Shown one piece after another: positions 10,808 through 21,246 of a DNA stretch of 64,000 nucleotides. Under the pieces are notes generated by a model. That model did no database searches and was not told where the DNA came from. It was given only the letters and a program-made list of their open reading frames with translations. The stretch spans positions 256,001 to 320,000 of the forward strand of contig JBFWMA010000002.1 of NCBI GenBank assembly GCA_050251875.1, read 5' to 3'. The number at the start of each line of letters is the position of its first letter. The first letter of the stretch is position 1. The position numbers and the translations under genes were made by a program. The DNA comes from Deferribacterales bacterium. Lineage in GTDB: Bacteria > Chrysiogenota > Deferribacteres > Deferribacterales > Geovibrionaceae.

Positions 10808-11955
10808 TGCTTAATCACCGCAATAAAGATATGTATATTTTTCTTCTGCTCCTGAATATCGCCGTTTATCTCGGCTTTCAGAGCTGGTCTGTGGTCTTTA
10901 ATAACTTTGCTTACGAATACGCAAATTTTGACGGGTTCCGCATGGGACTCACTCAGTCTATCAGAGAGATACCCGGTTTTCTGTCTCTGCTGGTGATACT
11001 GGCTATCGTTGTTCTGCCGGAGCATAAGCTGGCTGTTGTCAGCATGATTGTTCTGGGGATAGGGATAGGCATTACCGGATATCTGCCCAGCACCACAGGG
11101 GTTATCATATCCACACTGGTGATGTCGTTCGGTTTTCACTTTTATGAGACGGTTAACCAGTCTCTGACGTTGCAGTATTTCAATAAGCAGGAATCCCCTA
11201 TAGTCTTCAGCAAACTGCGGAGCACCGCCGCCGGAGCGAATATAGCCGCCGGAGGGCTGGTGATGCTTCTGCTGGGGTTCATGAGCTATAAGAATATATT
11301 TCTGACCGTGGGTGTTCTGGTGGTTGGCGTGGGCATCTATTGCCTGAGGCTGAACCCTGTGGATAAGTCTCTGCCGCCGCAGAAGAAAAAGCTCTATCTG
11401 AAAAAACGTTACTGGCTGTATTACGCTCTGACATTTTTCGCCGGGGCAAGACGTCAGGTTTTCACCGCTTTTTCCGTGTTTCTGATGGTAGAGAAATTTC
11501 ATTTCTCCGCCAAAGAGATAGCTATATTATTCATAATCAATAACGTGGTTAATTTCCTCTTTAATCCATACATCGGCAAATTCATAGTGAAATACGGCGA
11601 GCGCAGGATGCTCTCTTTTGAGTATTTCATCCTGATATTTATATTCATAGGATATGCCGCCATAGACAATAAATATCTGGTGGCAGTGCTTTATATCGTT
11701 GACCACATCGTTTTCAACTTTGCCGTGGCAATCAGAACGTTTTATCAGAAGATTTCCGACCCTGCCGATTTTGCAAACGGTTCGGCTGTCGGCTTTACTA
11801 TCAACCATATAGCCGCTGTTTTCATCCCCTTCGCCGGAGGTCTGCTCTGGATGATGGACAGACAGATTCCGTTCATCTGCGGAGCTGTTCTTGCCTTCTG
11901 TTCGCTGGTTCTGTCGCAGTTTATAACGTCTGAACTCAAAAAAAGTGAATTCTAA
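10807..11955 (+). CDS. MFS transporter
   Basis: About 12 hydrophobic segments, QSIREIPGFL motif. Confidence 0.85.
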   Translation: MLNHRNKDMYIFLLLLNIAVYLGFQSWSVVFNNFAYEYANFDGFRMGLTQSIREIPGFLSLLVILAIVVLPEHKLAVVSMIVLGIGIGITGYLPSTTGVIISTLVMSFGFHFYETVNQSLTLQYFNKQESPIVFSKLRSTAAGANIAAGGLVMLLLGFMSYKNIFLTVGVLVVGVGIYCLRLNPVDKSLPPQKKKLYLKKRYWLYYALTFFAGARRQVFTAFSVFLMVEKFHFSAKEIAILFIINNVVNFLFNPYIGKFIVKYGERRMLSFEYFILIFIFIGYAAIDNKYLVAVLYIVDHIVFNFAVAIRTFYQKISDPADFANGSAVGFTINHIAAVFIPFAGGLLWMMDRQIPFICGAVLAFCSLVLSQFITSELKKSEF

Positions 11956-12020
11956 TCATAATATTGCCTGTTACTTCTTGAAGTAAGTATTAACCCGTTG
12001 TATTATAAGCTAAAATCGGG

Positions 12021-12785
12021 GTGATTGTGCTTATGCTCAAAAAATACGGCAAAATCTTAGTAAACGCTTATGAAAATACGCCTGATAATGTTGAATGTTT
12101 CGTCACCACAAAACATTCCGGATACAGCACGGGCTTCTTTTCATCATTCAATCTGGGGATGAACACTCAGGAAGACACCAGAATAGCCGTTAAAAATATC
12201 GAGCTTCTGAAAGTATCCTGCTCTCTGCCCGTGGTTGTGAACCTGAATCAGGTGCACGGCAACAGGGTTTTTGAGGTGGACGCTTCCAATTATCACGATG
12301 TGATGTTCTCTGAGGGGGACGGGCTGTTCACTCTGGAGAAAGACATGGCGCTGGGCATAATGACCGCCGACTGCTACAACGTCTTTCTGGCGGGCAGAAA
12401 GGGCGTCTGCGCTCTGCACTGCGGGCACAAATCGGTTTCATCGGACATTATGTCCGAAGGGATAAAACTGTTTAAAAAATATGACGATTTCCCTGTTTTC
12501 GCCGGCATCGGACCGGGGATCTCAGGTGAAAACTATCAGATAGGCGCTGAACTGGCGGATGTTTTCAGACCCATATGTCCGCAGGCAGTGACGGAGAATG
12601 AGAACGGGATTTATCTGTGTCTCAGAACCGTCATAGAGCAGAATCTCAGAAACGCCGGAATAGAGAATATAGAACACATCAGAAACTGTACTCTGGCGGA
12701 TGACGATCTCTATTCACACAGAAGGGACAGAGGCGTGACAGGGCGCATGATGGGCGTCATAGTGAGGAGAAGCGATGTTTTCTGA
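12021..12785 (+). CDS. pgeF: YfiH/PgeF family protein
   Basis: FNLG, QVHG, GDGL, MTADC, YSHRRD; adjacent to yggS. Confidence 0.85.
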   Translation: MIVLMLKKYGKILVNAYENTPDNVECFVTTKHSGYSTGFFSSFNLGMNTQEDTRIAVKNIELLKVSCSLPVVVNLNQVHGNRVFEVDASNYHDVMFSEGDGLFTLEKDMALGIMTADCYNVFLAGRKGVCALHCGHKSVSSDIMSEGIKLFKKYDDFPVFAGIGPGISGENYQIGAELADVFRPICPQAVTENENGIYLCLRTVIEQNLRNAGIENIEHIRNCTLADDDLYSHRRDRGVTGRMMGVIVRRSDVF

Positions 12786-13458
12786 ACGGATAGCGATAAT
12801 TCGTGAAAAAATAGATGAATCCCTGAAAAAATCAGGCAGAGACGGCGAACATGTGGAGATAGTGGCAGTCAGCAAATACTATCCGGTGGAAGCCATAAAA
12901 GACGCATACGCTCAGGGACACAGAGTGTTCGGCGAGAGCCGTGTGCAGGAAGCGATGGATAAAAAAGACGAACTTGAAGGATATGAAGGTCTGAAACTGC
13001 ATTTTATAGGTCATCTTCAGACAAATAAGGTAAAATATCTTAAAGATACGTTTGAACTGATACATTCTGTGGACAGCGAGAGGCTGGCAGAAGAGCTGAA
13101 CGCCTGTTTCGCTAAAACAGGCAGGGTTCAGGATATTTTGATTCAGGTGAATATAGCCGAAGACGCCAACAAGTCCGGAGTGGGCGAGCAGGATGTTTTT
13201 GATCTCTGCGCCCGTGTGGGACAGATGAAAAATCTGCGCCTGAGAGGGCTTATGATGATACCGCCCCTCACCGATGATGAGGAGAAAAACCGCAAATATT
13301 TTACAGGTATGAAGAAACTTTTTGACCAATGTATTGTCGATAAAGGATATGATATGGACATTCTGTCCATGGGGATGAGTGATGACTTTCAGATCGCCGT
13401 GGAGGAGGGCAGCACGATGGTGCGCATCGGCTCGGCTCTTTTCAAGGGCGACTATTAA
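12775..13458 (+). CDS. yggS: pyridoxal phosphate homeostasis protein
   Basis: VAVSK, FGESRVQE, HFIGHLQTNK, SMGMSDD, VRIGS. Confidence 0.96.
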   Translation: MFSERIAIIREKIDESLKKSGRDGEHVEIVAVSKYYPVEAIKDAYAQGHRVFGESRVQEAMDKKDELEGYEGLKLHFIGHLQTNKVKYLKDTFELIHSVDSERLAEELNACFAKTGRVQDILIQVNIAEDANKSGVGEQDVFDLCARVGQMKNLRLRGLMMIPPLTDDEEKNRKYFTGMKKLFDQCIVDKGYDMDILSMGMSDDFQIAVEEGSTMVRIGSALFKGDY

Positions 13459-13473
13459 TATTAAGAGGTAATT

Positions 13474-14298
13474 ATGAGTTTTTTGATGATGTTGATAAAG
13501 TTTTATCTGATAGTTCTGCTTTTCAGAAGCGTGATGTCACGTCAGGAGCTCTATTTCAACCCGCTGGGTAAAATAGTGGCAAAAATGACCGATCCGCTCT
13601 TTGAAAAGACATTGAAGATAAATAAGAAAACCGCTGACACCATGACTCCCGCTTTTGTTCTTGCCGCCGCCGTTCTGAACGGTGTGATTATCTTCGCTTT
13701 CGGCGGTTTCGGCATTGTGGAGTCTGTGCTTTACGCAGTTGGCGATATGCTGATGTTCCTTATGCTGTTTTACATCATTTGTATTATTCTGGGTATTTTC
13801 GCCGGAAACATGCAGATGTCATATTATGCTATGTATTTCAACAGGCTGGCTTCTTTCTGGGTCAGAGGCGTCAGAACCGTGATCCCCATAAAGAGCAACT
13901 GGATAGCGCTTTTTGCCGTTATTTTCGTATACGCTTTTTTCACCGTGCTGATAGGCGGCGTAAACTATCTCTCACAGCTCACCTCCGTGATTACGCAGGG
14001 ACACGCCGATATCTTCGTTGCCATGCGCATAGCTGTTAAGAATGGTCTGCTGTCTCTCGTATGGCTGCTGGATGTATATATCTGGGTGGTGATAATCAGA
14101 GCGCTGATGAGCTGGGTCAGCCCCGACCCCAGAAACCCCGTGGTTCAGCTTCTGCACTCCGTGACAGATCCGGTGATGGAGCCGCTCAGGCGTGTTATCC
14201 CTCCGCTCGGACCTATAGATATCACACCTATGGTGTTTATATTTATAATATATTTTATAAAGATAATGAGCCTTAGGCTGATAGGAATAATGCTTTGA
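13474..14298 (+). CDS. yggT: YggT family membrane protein (two YggT-like repeats)
   Basis: RALMSWVSPDPRNPVVQLLHSVTDP..PLRRVIPP..IDITP; follows yggS. Confidence 0.85.
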   Translation: MSFLMMLIKFYLIVLLFRSVMSRQELYFNPLGKIVAKMTDPLFEKTLKINKKTADTMTPAFVLAAAVLNGVIIFAFGGFGIVESVLYAVGDMLMFLMLFYIICIILGIFAGNMQMSYYAMYFNRLASFWVRGVRTVIPIKSNWIALFAVIFVYAFFTVLIGGVNYLSQLTSVITQGHADIFVAMRIAVKNGLLSLVWLLDVYIWVVIIRALMSWVSPDPRNPVVQLLHSVTDPVMEPLRRVIPPLGPIDITPMVFIFIIYFIKIMSLRLIGIML

Positions 14299-15293
14299 TA
14301 AACAAGCTGAAATACGTCTACATCGGTTCCGCTCTGATTATTCTGACGGCCTTTATCGGCGTATTCGGTTATGTGCACATAGAGCACGCCAGTATTCTTG
14401 ATTCTGTTTATATGACCGTGATAACCATAACCACGGTGGGATTCGGCGAGGTATTTCCTCTTTCTGACAACGGAAAGATTTTTACCATATTCATGATCCT
14501 GATGGGAACGGGCACAGTGGCATATACAGCCACACAGTTCATCGACTATGTTGTTACGGGCGACCTCACAAATATGTTCGGGAGAAGAAAGATGCAGCAC
14601 ACGATAGATTCCATGAACAATCACTTCATCCTCTGCGGTTTCGGGCGTATGGGACGCATAATCGCCGAGATACTCAGAGATAATCAGGTGCCGTTCATCA
14701 TAGTTGACCCCGAAGAGAGAAAGAGTGAGGCGGCGGACGAGAAATATGTCTTCGTGACGGGGGACGCCACCCACGACATGGTTCTGAAAAGAGCCGGTGT
14801 GGACAGGGCAAAAGGGCTCATCACCGTTGTGGACACAGACGAGAAAAACCTTTATATCGTTCTGACGGCGAAAGGTCTGAACAAAAAGCTCTATATAGTC
14901 GCCAAAGTGGCGCAGGAAGAGGCAAACAGCAAATTCATGTGGGCGGGAGCGGACAAAATAGTGTCTCCGTATACCATCGGCGGACGAAGCATCGCCTACA
15001 GCATCATAAAGCCTCATGTCTCGGATTTCCTTGACATGACAATGGGAAAGAACGACCTTGGAATGAAGGTCGAGGAGGTGATTATTCACGAAGGAAACAG
15101 GCTTGAAAATGTGGCGATCATGGATTCCAACGTAAGACAGTTAGGAATCATCATTGTAGCCATAAGAAAGAATGACGGGGTTTTTCTTTATAACCCCGGA
15201 CCCCATGAGGTGATCAGGGCGGAAGACACCCTGATAGCACTCGGACGTTCAGAGGATTTTATCGCTCTGGACAAATATTTATCAAGAGGCTGA
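14295..15293 (+). CDS. potassium channel protein with RCK (TrkA-N/C) domains
   Basis: TITTVGFGE selectivity filter, CGFGRMG Rossmann motif. Confidence 0.93.
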   Translation: MINKLKYVYIGSALIILTAFIGVFGYVHIEHASILDSVYMTVITITTVGFGEVFPLSDNGKIFTIFMILMGTGTVAYTATQFIDYVVTGDLTNMFGRRKMQHTIDSMNNHFILCGFGRMGRIIAEILRDNQVPFIIVDPEERKSEAADEKYVFVTGDATHDMVLKRAGVDRAKGLITVVDTDEKNLYIVLTAKGLNKKLYIVAKVAQEEANSKFMWAGADKIVSPYTIGGRSIAYSIIKPHVSDFLDMTMGKNDLGMKVEEVIIHEGNRLENVAIMDSNVRQLGIIIVAIRKNDGVFLYNPGPHEVIRAEDTLIALGRSEDFIALDKYLSRG

Positions 15294-15294
15294 A

Positions 15295-16269
15295 ATGTGG
15301 ATTTTTAGAATTCTGTACGCCATTTTTATAATGGCTGCGTTCATTTTTATCAGAGACAGGCTGGGCATTGACCTTACCCATGCTGTTTTGTATTCATTCG
15401 GAGTTATTTTCGCTATTGTCTTTATTGAAACTCTTATTTCCGATATCAAAAGCTACCGCTTTTTCAGCGGTGTTATCGGAGCTATCGTCTTTTTAATTAT
15501 CGGTTATTCCTTAGCCTCCATCTTTGCCGCTTATTTTAACAATGATGCTCTCAGGCTCGCTTTCTATTTCTTCGTTCTCTATCTCGGTGTGAACACCGGA
15601 CAGAAGTTCTCCTGGGTTATAGAGGGCATAATGACCCGCCTGATGGCGAAACAGCCGAAACACCAGAAATATACCTCCACCGCGAAAGCTCTGGACACAT
15701 CCACCCTTATAGACGGACGTATTGCCGACATAGTGGACACCGGGCTTCTGGAGGGCGCTCTCATCATCCCCACGTTTATTCTGAAAGAGCTTCAGAATAT
15801 CGCTGACTCGCACGATCACCTGCGCAGACAGAAGGGAAGAAGAGGGCTGAACGTGCTGAAACGTCTTCAGGAGCAGACTATTCTGCCCGTGGACATCAAC
15901 AACACGGATTTTTCTGACATCGGCACTGTGGATGAAAAGCTGGTTGCGCTGGCGAAAAAGATGAAAGCGGATATCATCACCACCGATTTTAACCTTCTGA
16001 AAGTGGCGGAGATTCAGAACATAAAGGTTCTGAACCTGAACAACCTCTCCATGGCTATGCGCCAGACAGTGCTTCCCGGCGAGGAGTTCGAGATCAACGT
16101 GGTTAAAGAGGGTAAAGAATCCAACCAGGGAGTCGGATATCTGGATGACGGAACTATGGTGGTTCTGGAAAACGGAAGAAAGCTGATAGGCAGAACAGTG
16201 AAGGTAATAGTTACCAGTCTGCTTCAGACAGAATCCGGAAGAATAATTTTTACTAAGGTCAAATCTTGA
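15295..16269 (+). CDS. PIN/TRAM domain membrane protein (YacL-like)
   Basis: LDTSTLIDGRI, GRRGL, QGVGYLDDGTMVV; upstream of ispD. Confidence 0.92.
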   Translation: MWIFRILYAIFIMAAFIFIRDRLGIDLTHAVLYSFGVIFAIVFIETLISDIKSYRFFSGVIGAIVFLIIGYSLASIFAAYFNNDALRLAFYFFVLYLGVNTGQKFSWVIEGIMTRLMAKQPKHQKYTSTAKALDTSTLIDGRIADIVDTGLLEGALIIPTFILKELQNIADSHDHLRRQKGRRGLNVLKRLQEQTILPVDINNTDFSDIGTVDEKLVALAKKMKADIITTDFNLLKVAEIQNIKVLNLNNLSMAMRQTVLPGEEFEINVVKEGKESNQGVGYLDDGTMVVLENGRKLIGRTVKVIVTSLLQTESGRIIFTKVKS

Positions 16270-16943
16270 ACGTAACCTGTATAATACCTGCCGCCGGACT
16301 GGGAAAACGGTTCGGCGGCAATGTAAAAAAACAGTTCTATGAGGTGCTGGACAAAACCGTCCTGTACTATACTCTGATCGCCCTGAGCAGGGCGTATCCC
16401 TTCGCCGAGTTCATTCTGGGCGCTGACCCGGATGATTTTCTGATTTTGTCAAAAGAGCTGCAGGACGCAGGCATCACATCTTTTCAGCTTGTCGCCGGAG
16501 GCGCCGAGCGTTATGAGACAGTGTATAACTGTCTGAAAGCGGCTAAGACGGAATATGTGCTGATACATGACGCAGTAAGACCTTTTCTGTCCGCAGACAT
16601 TGTTCAGAACACTATCGAGGCGGCAGGGGACACCGGAGCGGCTATCTGCGCTCTGCCTGTGCGTGATACTCTGAAAAAGATAAACAAAACAGGCGTGGAA
16701 CAGACGGTGAACCGTGACGAATATGTTCTTTCCCACACTCCGCAGGTGTTCGAGGCGGCAACGCTGAAAAAAGCGGTGGAAAATCTGGAAGAGCTGGAGA
16801 TGATGGTTACGGATGAGGCTCAGGCTATGGAGCTTTTCGGGATAAAAGTGAAATGGGTGATGTCGTCACCGGATAATATCAAAATAACCTACCTGAACGA
16901 CATGGACATGGCGGAGAGTCTTGTCAGAAAGTATTTCGGCTAA
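16266..16943 (+). CDS. ispD: 2-C-methyl-D-erythritol 4-phosphate cytidylyltransferase
   Basis: IPAAGLGKRFG, VLIHDAVRP, TPQVF, NIKITY. Confidence 0.95.
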   Translation: MNVTCIIPAAGLGKRFGGNVKKQFYEVLDKTVLYYTLIALSRAYPFAEFILGADPDDFLILSKELQDAGITSFQLVAGGAERYETVYNCLKAAKTEYVLIHDAVRPFLSADIVQNTIEAAGDTGAAICALPVRDTLKKINKTGVEQTVNRDEYVLSHTPQVFEAATLKKAVENLEELEMMVTDEAQAMELFGIKVKWVMSSPDNIKITYLNDMDMAESLVRKYFG

Positions 16944-18232
16944 CTTTCCTCATTCTTCTGAACGATCGATTTGTAATATATCTGGAGCTTATCTGTCAGC
17001 AGTTTGCATGTGTTATACATCCCTGCGTTAATGCGGGTTTCGTATATTTCATCCGCCTCGATCTTAACATCATCGGGGATATAGGTTTTGTGCTGACCTG
17101 AGTGCATGCAGTCAGGCTTGGGACAGAGAAATTTTACCGGGAGCATATCGCCTATGGTACTCCATATTATGGGGTTGGAGCTGCATGAATTCTTTATGGT
17201 GTAGGCATACTGAAGCACAAGGTGCTTTACCGCCGGCAGGAACAGCTTGCTGAGATACGCTGTGACGTCTTTATCCGCGTAACCGAGCTCAGCCAGCTCA
17301 TACATGAACTTATGAACCTCAAGGTTGCCAGGATCTGTCTTGTTTATTTTTACTATTTCTATGAACTGGTTAACTGTGACGAGTATTCTAAGGAACAGGT
17401 TGTTCTTGTTCACTGTGTCGCAGAAGATCGGAACCGTATTCTCTTTGTCGAAGCAGTGCTTCACACGGATAGCTTCTTCGATGGTTTCGTCATTTACCAG
17501 AGATTTCGCTATCATCGCCGACCGCTCTATGCAGTCTCTGTTCTCTCTACAGTCCATAAGGGAGGCTATATCCTGAAGGATGGAGGTCAGGGCGATCTTC
17601 ACCAGAATACCGCCGGATTCGTCTCTGGCGAGGCTCTGGCGGCAGAAAGGAGCGATGTGGAGACTGATAAAGGCGGAATTGATATTGTCGGTCAGAAGCT
17701 CTCTGGTGGTGCCTGTGTTTTTAAAAATGTTAACCATCGCTTTGATGCCGTCAGGACCTGTGAGCATATATTCTATAGATTTATTAAACACATCCAGAGC
17801 GTTCACTTCGGAAGTATTCGATCTTACTTTGGTGTAAAAGTCGGTATATTTATCCTGAGAGAAGATGAAATCATCGAGGATGGTGGCGACACGTTCGATG
17901 GATTTTCCCCTGTAATAGCTCATTACGTCAGACGTACAGGCGATTTTGATGGCGGAAGTTCTGAACTTTGTATCGTTGTAATATCTTTCCAGAAGAGCAT
18001 CGAGATATTTTGAAACCGGAACGTCTTTGTTTATCAGAACATTTCCGTTGGCGTCTTTGATCTCTGAACCGAATGACATGGCGGTTTTTGTTATGGACAG
18101 ACCGTTTTTGCCCAGAAAGTCCATAAAGCCTCTTTTTCCCATTGAATGTAGTTTTTGAACTAGAATTTCCTCGGGCAGGCTTGTATCCAGTGATAGAAGC
18201 TCAAATATATTCGCATGCTCAATCAGATTCAT
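16940..18232 (-). CDS. hypothetical protein, probable degenerate HD-GYP domain with Cys-rich C-terminus
   Basis: 430-aa ORF filling the gap; SILQDIASL, AIRVKH and RILVTVNQF resemble HD-GYP motifs without metal ligands. Confidence 0.6.
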   Translation of the reverse strand: MNLIEHANIFELLSLDTSLPEEILVQKLHSMGKRGFMDFLGKNGLSITKTAMSFGSEIKDANGNVLINKDVPVSKYLDALLERYYNDTKFRTSAIKIACTSDVMSYYRGKSIERVATILDDFIFSQDKYTDFYTKVRSNTSEVNALDVFNKSIEYMLTGPDGIKAMVNIFKNTGTTRELLTDNINSAFISLHIAPFCRQSLARDESGGILVKIALTSILQDIASLMDCRENRDCIERSAMIAKSLVNDETIEEAIRVKHCFDKENTVPIFCDTVNKNNLFLRILVTVNQFIEIVKINKTDPGNLEVHKFMYELAELGYADKDVTAYLSKLFLPAVKHLVLQYAYTIKNSCSSNPIIWSTIGDMLPVKFLCPKPDCMHSGQHKTYIPDDVKIEADEIYETRINAGMYNTCKLLTDKLQIYYKSIVQKNEES

Positions 18233-18383
18233 ATCATCTCACAGAATAACTATTATTATGTATTAAGTATAATGATTTTCACAGTTTTGCATAGCAATAA
18301 TTTATTGCCTAACTGAGATTCTTTCATATCTTAATGAGTGCAAACTCTTTGACTTAAAACTTAAGAGGTGATAAAGAATTATC

Positions 18384-19025
18384 ATGGATTTTAATATTAA
18401 TGAATATCTTCGTTTTCTGACACTGGCAATAGTGCCTTTCATGCTGGCGATCACCGTGCACGAGTTCTCTCACGGCATGAGCGCCTATCTGCTGGGGGAT
18501 GACACAGCCAAGAGAGCCGGAAGGCTCACGCTGAATCCTTTTGCCCATGTGGATATCATGGGGCTTCTGTTTCTGATAATCACCCGTCTGTTCGGCTGGG
18601 CTAAACCCGTGCCTGTTAACTACGGACGACTGTATAAAAAGACGAAATACGGTCCCGCCATTGTGGCATTCGCCGGACCGCTGTCCAACCTTGTGCTGGC
18701 TGTTCTGTCATCCATAGCGCTCAAGATGCTGTATACCATGCAGTTTGAGCAGGGGAGCACACTGCTGAAAGTGATGCTGCCGGTGGCGGGCATGCTGAGG
18801 CTGTCTATCAACATCAACGTGGCTCTGTTCATATTCAATCTGCTGCCTCTGCCTCCGCTGGACGGCGGGCGCATAGTGGAGAATCTGCTCCCCTATGACA
18901 AGGCGGTGGCGTATGCCAAGCTCGAAAGATACGGATTTTTGATACTTCTGGTGCTTTTTATCTCCGGAGGTATAAACTATATTCTTATGCCATTTATGAC
19001 ATTCTTTTTAAATATTCTATTGTAG
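18384..19025 (+). CDS. site-2 protease (M50) family protein
   Basis: TVHEFSH, GRLTLNP, FNLLPLPPLDGG. Confidence 0.93.
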   Translation: MDFNINEYLRFLTLAIVPFMLAITVHEFSHGMSAYLLGDDTAKRAGRLTLNPFAHVDIMGLLFLIITRLFGWAKPVPVNYGRLYKKTKYGPAIVAFAGPLSNLVLAVLSSIALKMLYTMQFEQGSTLLKVMLPVAGMLRLSININVALFIFNLLPLPPLDGGRIVENLLPYDKAVAYAKLERYGFLILLVLFISGGINYILMPFMTFFLNILL

Positions 19026-19035
19026 AGGATCAGGT

Positions 19036-20016
19036 ATGGAAAAAGTTCTCAGCGGTATGCGCCCTACGGGCAGACTGCACATCGGTCATTACTTCGGAGC
19101 CCTGAAAAACTGGCTCGACCTTCAGGAAAAACATCAGTGTTTTTATTTTGTCGCCGACTGGCACGCTCTCACCACTAATTACGAAAATCCGGAAGACATC
19201 ATAGAAAACCGCAAACAGCTCGTTCTGGACTGGCTCAGCGTTGGTCTCGACCCGAACAAATGTAATATGTTCGTTCAGTCGCACAACATCTATCACGCTG
19301 AACTCAGCCTCCTGCTGTCTATGCTGACCCCCGTCAGCTGGCTGGAAAGATGTCCCACATATAAAGAGATCAAACAGGAAACCACTAACAAAGACCTGTC
19401 AAACCTCGGGTTTTTGAGCTATCCGGTTATTATGACAGCCGATATCGTTATGTACGGCGCCACATACGTCCCCGTGGGCGAAGATCAGCTTCCGCACATT
19501 GAGATCAGCCGTGAGATAGTGAGACGCTTCCACCACCTGTATAACTGCAATGTGTTCGTGGAGCCCAAAGGAGTTCTGACCGAAGTGCCCAGAGTGCCAG
19601 GTCTGGACGGACGCAAGATGAGCAAAAGCTATAATAACTATATATCTCTGTCAGAGGATCTGGGCGAGGTTGAACAGAAGGTCAAAAAGATGGTGACCGA
19701 CACCAACCGCCAGAGACTGAAAGACCCCGGAAACCCTGAGGTATGCCCTGTTTTCGACTATCATAAAGTGTTCTCCACTGAAGAGGAGAGAGAATACATC
19801 ACCAACGGCTGCACAAAAGCGTCCATCGGGTGCATGGAGTGCAAAATGATACTCTTCAAGCACATTCAGGAGCTTCTCACGCCTATTCAGGACAGACGCA
19901 GAAAGTTCGAGGCGGAGATAACCGATATAGACGAATTCTTAAAGCCTATGCAGGACAGAGCCAACAACGAAGCCGCCTGCATGATGGAAAAAGTGAGGAA
20001 AGCGCTTAAAATATGA
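19036..20016 (+). CDS. trpS: tryptophan--tRNA ligase
   Basis: HIGH and KMSKS signatures, VPVGEDQLPH. Confidence 0.98.
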   Translation: MEKVLSGMRPTGRLHIGHYFGALKNWLDLQEKHQCFYFVADWHALTTNYENPEDIIENRKQLVLDWLSVGLDPNKCNMFVQSHNIYHAELSLLLSMLTPVSWLERCPTYKEIKQETTNKDLSNLGFLSYPVIMTADIVMYGATYVPVGEDQLPHIEISREIVRRFHHLYNCNVFVEPKGVLTEVPRVPGLDGRKMSKSYNNYISLSEDLGEVEQKVKKMVTDTNRQRLKDPGNPEVCPVFDYHKVFSTEEEREYITNGCTKASIGCMECKMILFKHIQELLTPIQDRRRKFEAEITDIDEFLKPMQDRANNEAACMMEKVRKALKI

Positions 20017-20738
20017 GCCGTCTTCTGGACGTCAGACTGGATAATTTCGAAGGACCTTTAGACCTTCTCATCCACCTGATATATAAGAATGAGCTGAATA
20101 TTTACGATATCCCCATAGCATTTATCGCCGGACAGTTCGTAGAGGCGGTGAACGAGATGGAAAAGCTGGATATCGAAGTTGCCGCCGAGTTTATCAACAT
20201 GGCGTCATATCTTATATATCTTAAATCAAGGATGCTTCTGCCTAAGGAATCGCTCCCCATGGAGGAGCTCGACCCTGAGGAAGAGAAATTCATTCTGACA
20301 CAGAGACTTGTGGAATATTCATTCTATAAGGACATAGCGGTTAAGCTGAAAGAATATGAGTCCGACTCAGGAAAATATCTGATGAGGACATCCACCATAT
20401 ACATCGAAAAAGAGATTATGCAGACGGAAGATCCGTACCGCATAGCTAACGCCTTCTTTTCTCTGCTGGAAAAGGGCAATGAAAAACCCATGAAGTTCGA
20501 GAAGGACATCGTGGACGTTACCGATGTGATAAAGAAGCTGAAAGCGCTGATTCTGGAAAAACAGCGTATAATGTGGTCGGAGATAGTTAAAACCTGCGTC
20601 AGCAAGCGTGAGGTGGTTATGTCTCTTCTGGCTGTGCTGGAGCTGATGCGCCTTACCGTTGTGGAGGCTTCGCAGGCGGAGACCTTCGGCGAGATAGTCA
20701 TCGAGCAGTTAAATACTTCTGAGGCTGTAAATGGATAA
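20013..20738 (+). CDS. scpA: segregation and condensation protein A
   Basis: FEGPLDLLIHLI, KSRMLLP, LAVLELMR. Confidence 0.95.
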   Translation: MSRLLDVRLDNFEGPLDLLIHLIYKNELNIYDIPIAFIAGQFVEAVNEMEKLDIEVAAEFINMASYLIYLKSRMLLPKESLPMEELDPEEEKFILTQRLVEYSFYKDIAVKLKEYESDSGKYLMRTSTIYIEKEIMQTEDPYRIANAFFSLLEKGNEKPMKFEKDIVDVTDVIKKLKALILEKQRIMWSEIVKTCVSKREVVMSLLAVLELMRLTVVEASQAETFGEIVIEQLNTSEAVNG

Positions 20739-21246
20739 GGAACAAAAGATTTTTTACAGTTCGCTCTTTCTTTCCGGCGAACCTCTGGACAAAAAATTCT
20801 TTCGCAAAATCCTCGACCCCATCAACCTTGAGAACAGGCTTCTGGACTATATGGAAAAGTTCAACGCTATGGAGCAGGGGATTAAAATCCGTCAGGTATC
20901 AGGCGGGTTTCAGATGGTTACGGAGAAGGATCTTTTCAACGAACTGGAGCCCTTTTTCGGAGAAAAAACAGAGACTCTCAGCAGGGCGTCTCTGGAAACA
21001 GCCGCTATCATAGCTTATAAACAGCCTATAACCAGGCTGGAGATAGACGAGATCAGGGGTGTTAACTCATCCGGTACCGTGCGCTATCTGCTGGATAAGA
21101 ACCTCGTGAAGGTTACAGGACGAAAGGATGTTCCCGGCAAACCCCTTTTATACAGCACAACAAAGTTTTTTCTGGAATATATGGGTATCAACGACATATC
21201 TGAACTGCCGACATTCAGAGAATGGCAGGAGCTGAAAGCTAAATGA
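20731..21246 (+). CDS. scpB: segregation and condensation protein B
   Basis: LSRASLETAAIIAYKQPITR..IRGV, PGKPLLY. Confidence 0.95.
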   Translation: MDKEQKIFYSSLFLSGEPLDKKFFRKILDPINLENRLLDYMEKFNAMEQGIKIRQVSGGFQMVTEKDLFNELEPFFGEKTETLSRASLETAAIIAYKQPITRLEIDEIRGVNSSGTVRYLLDKNLVKVTGRKDVPGKPLLYSTTKFFLEYMGINDISELPTFREWQELKAK

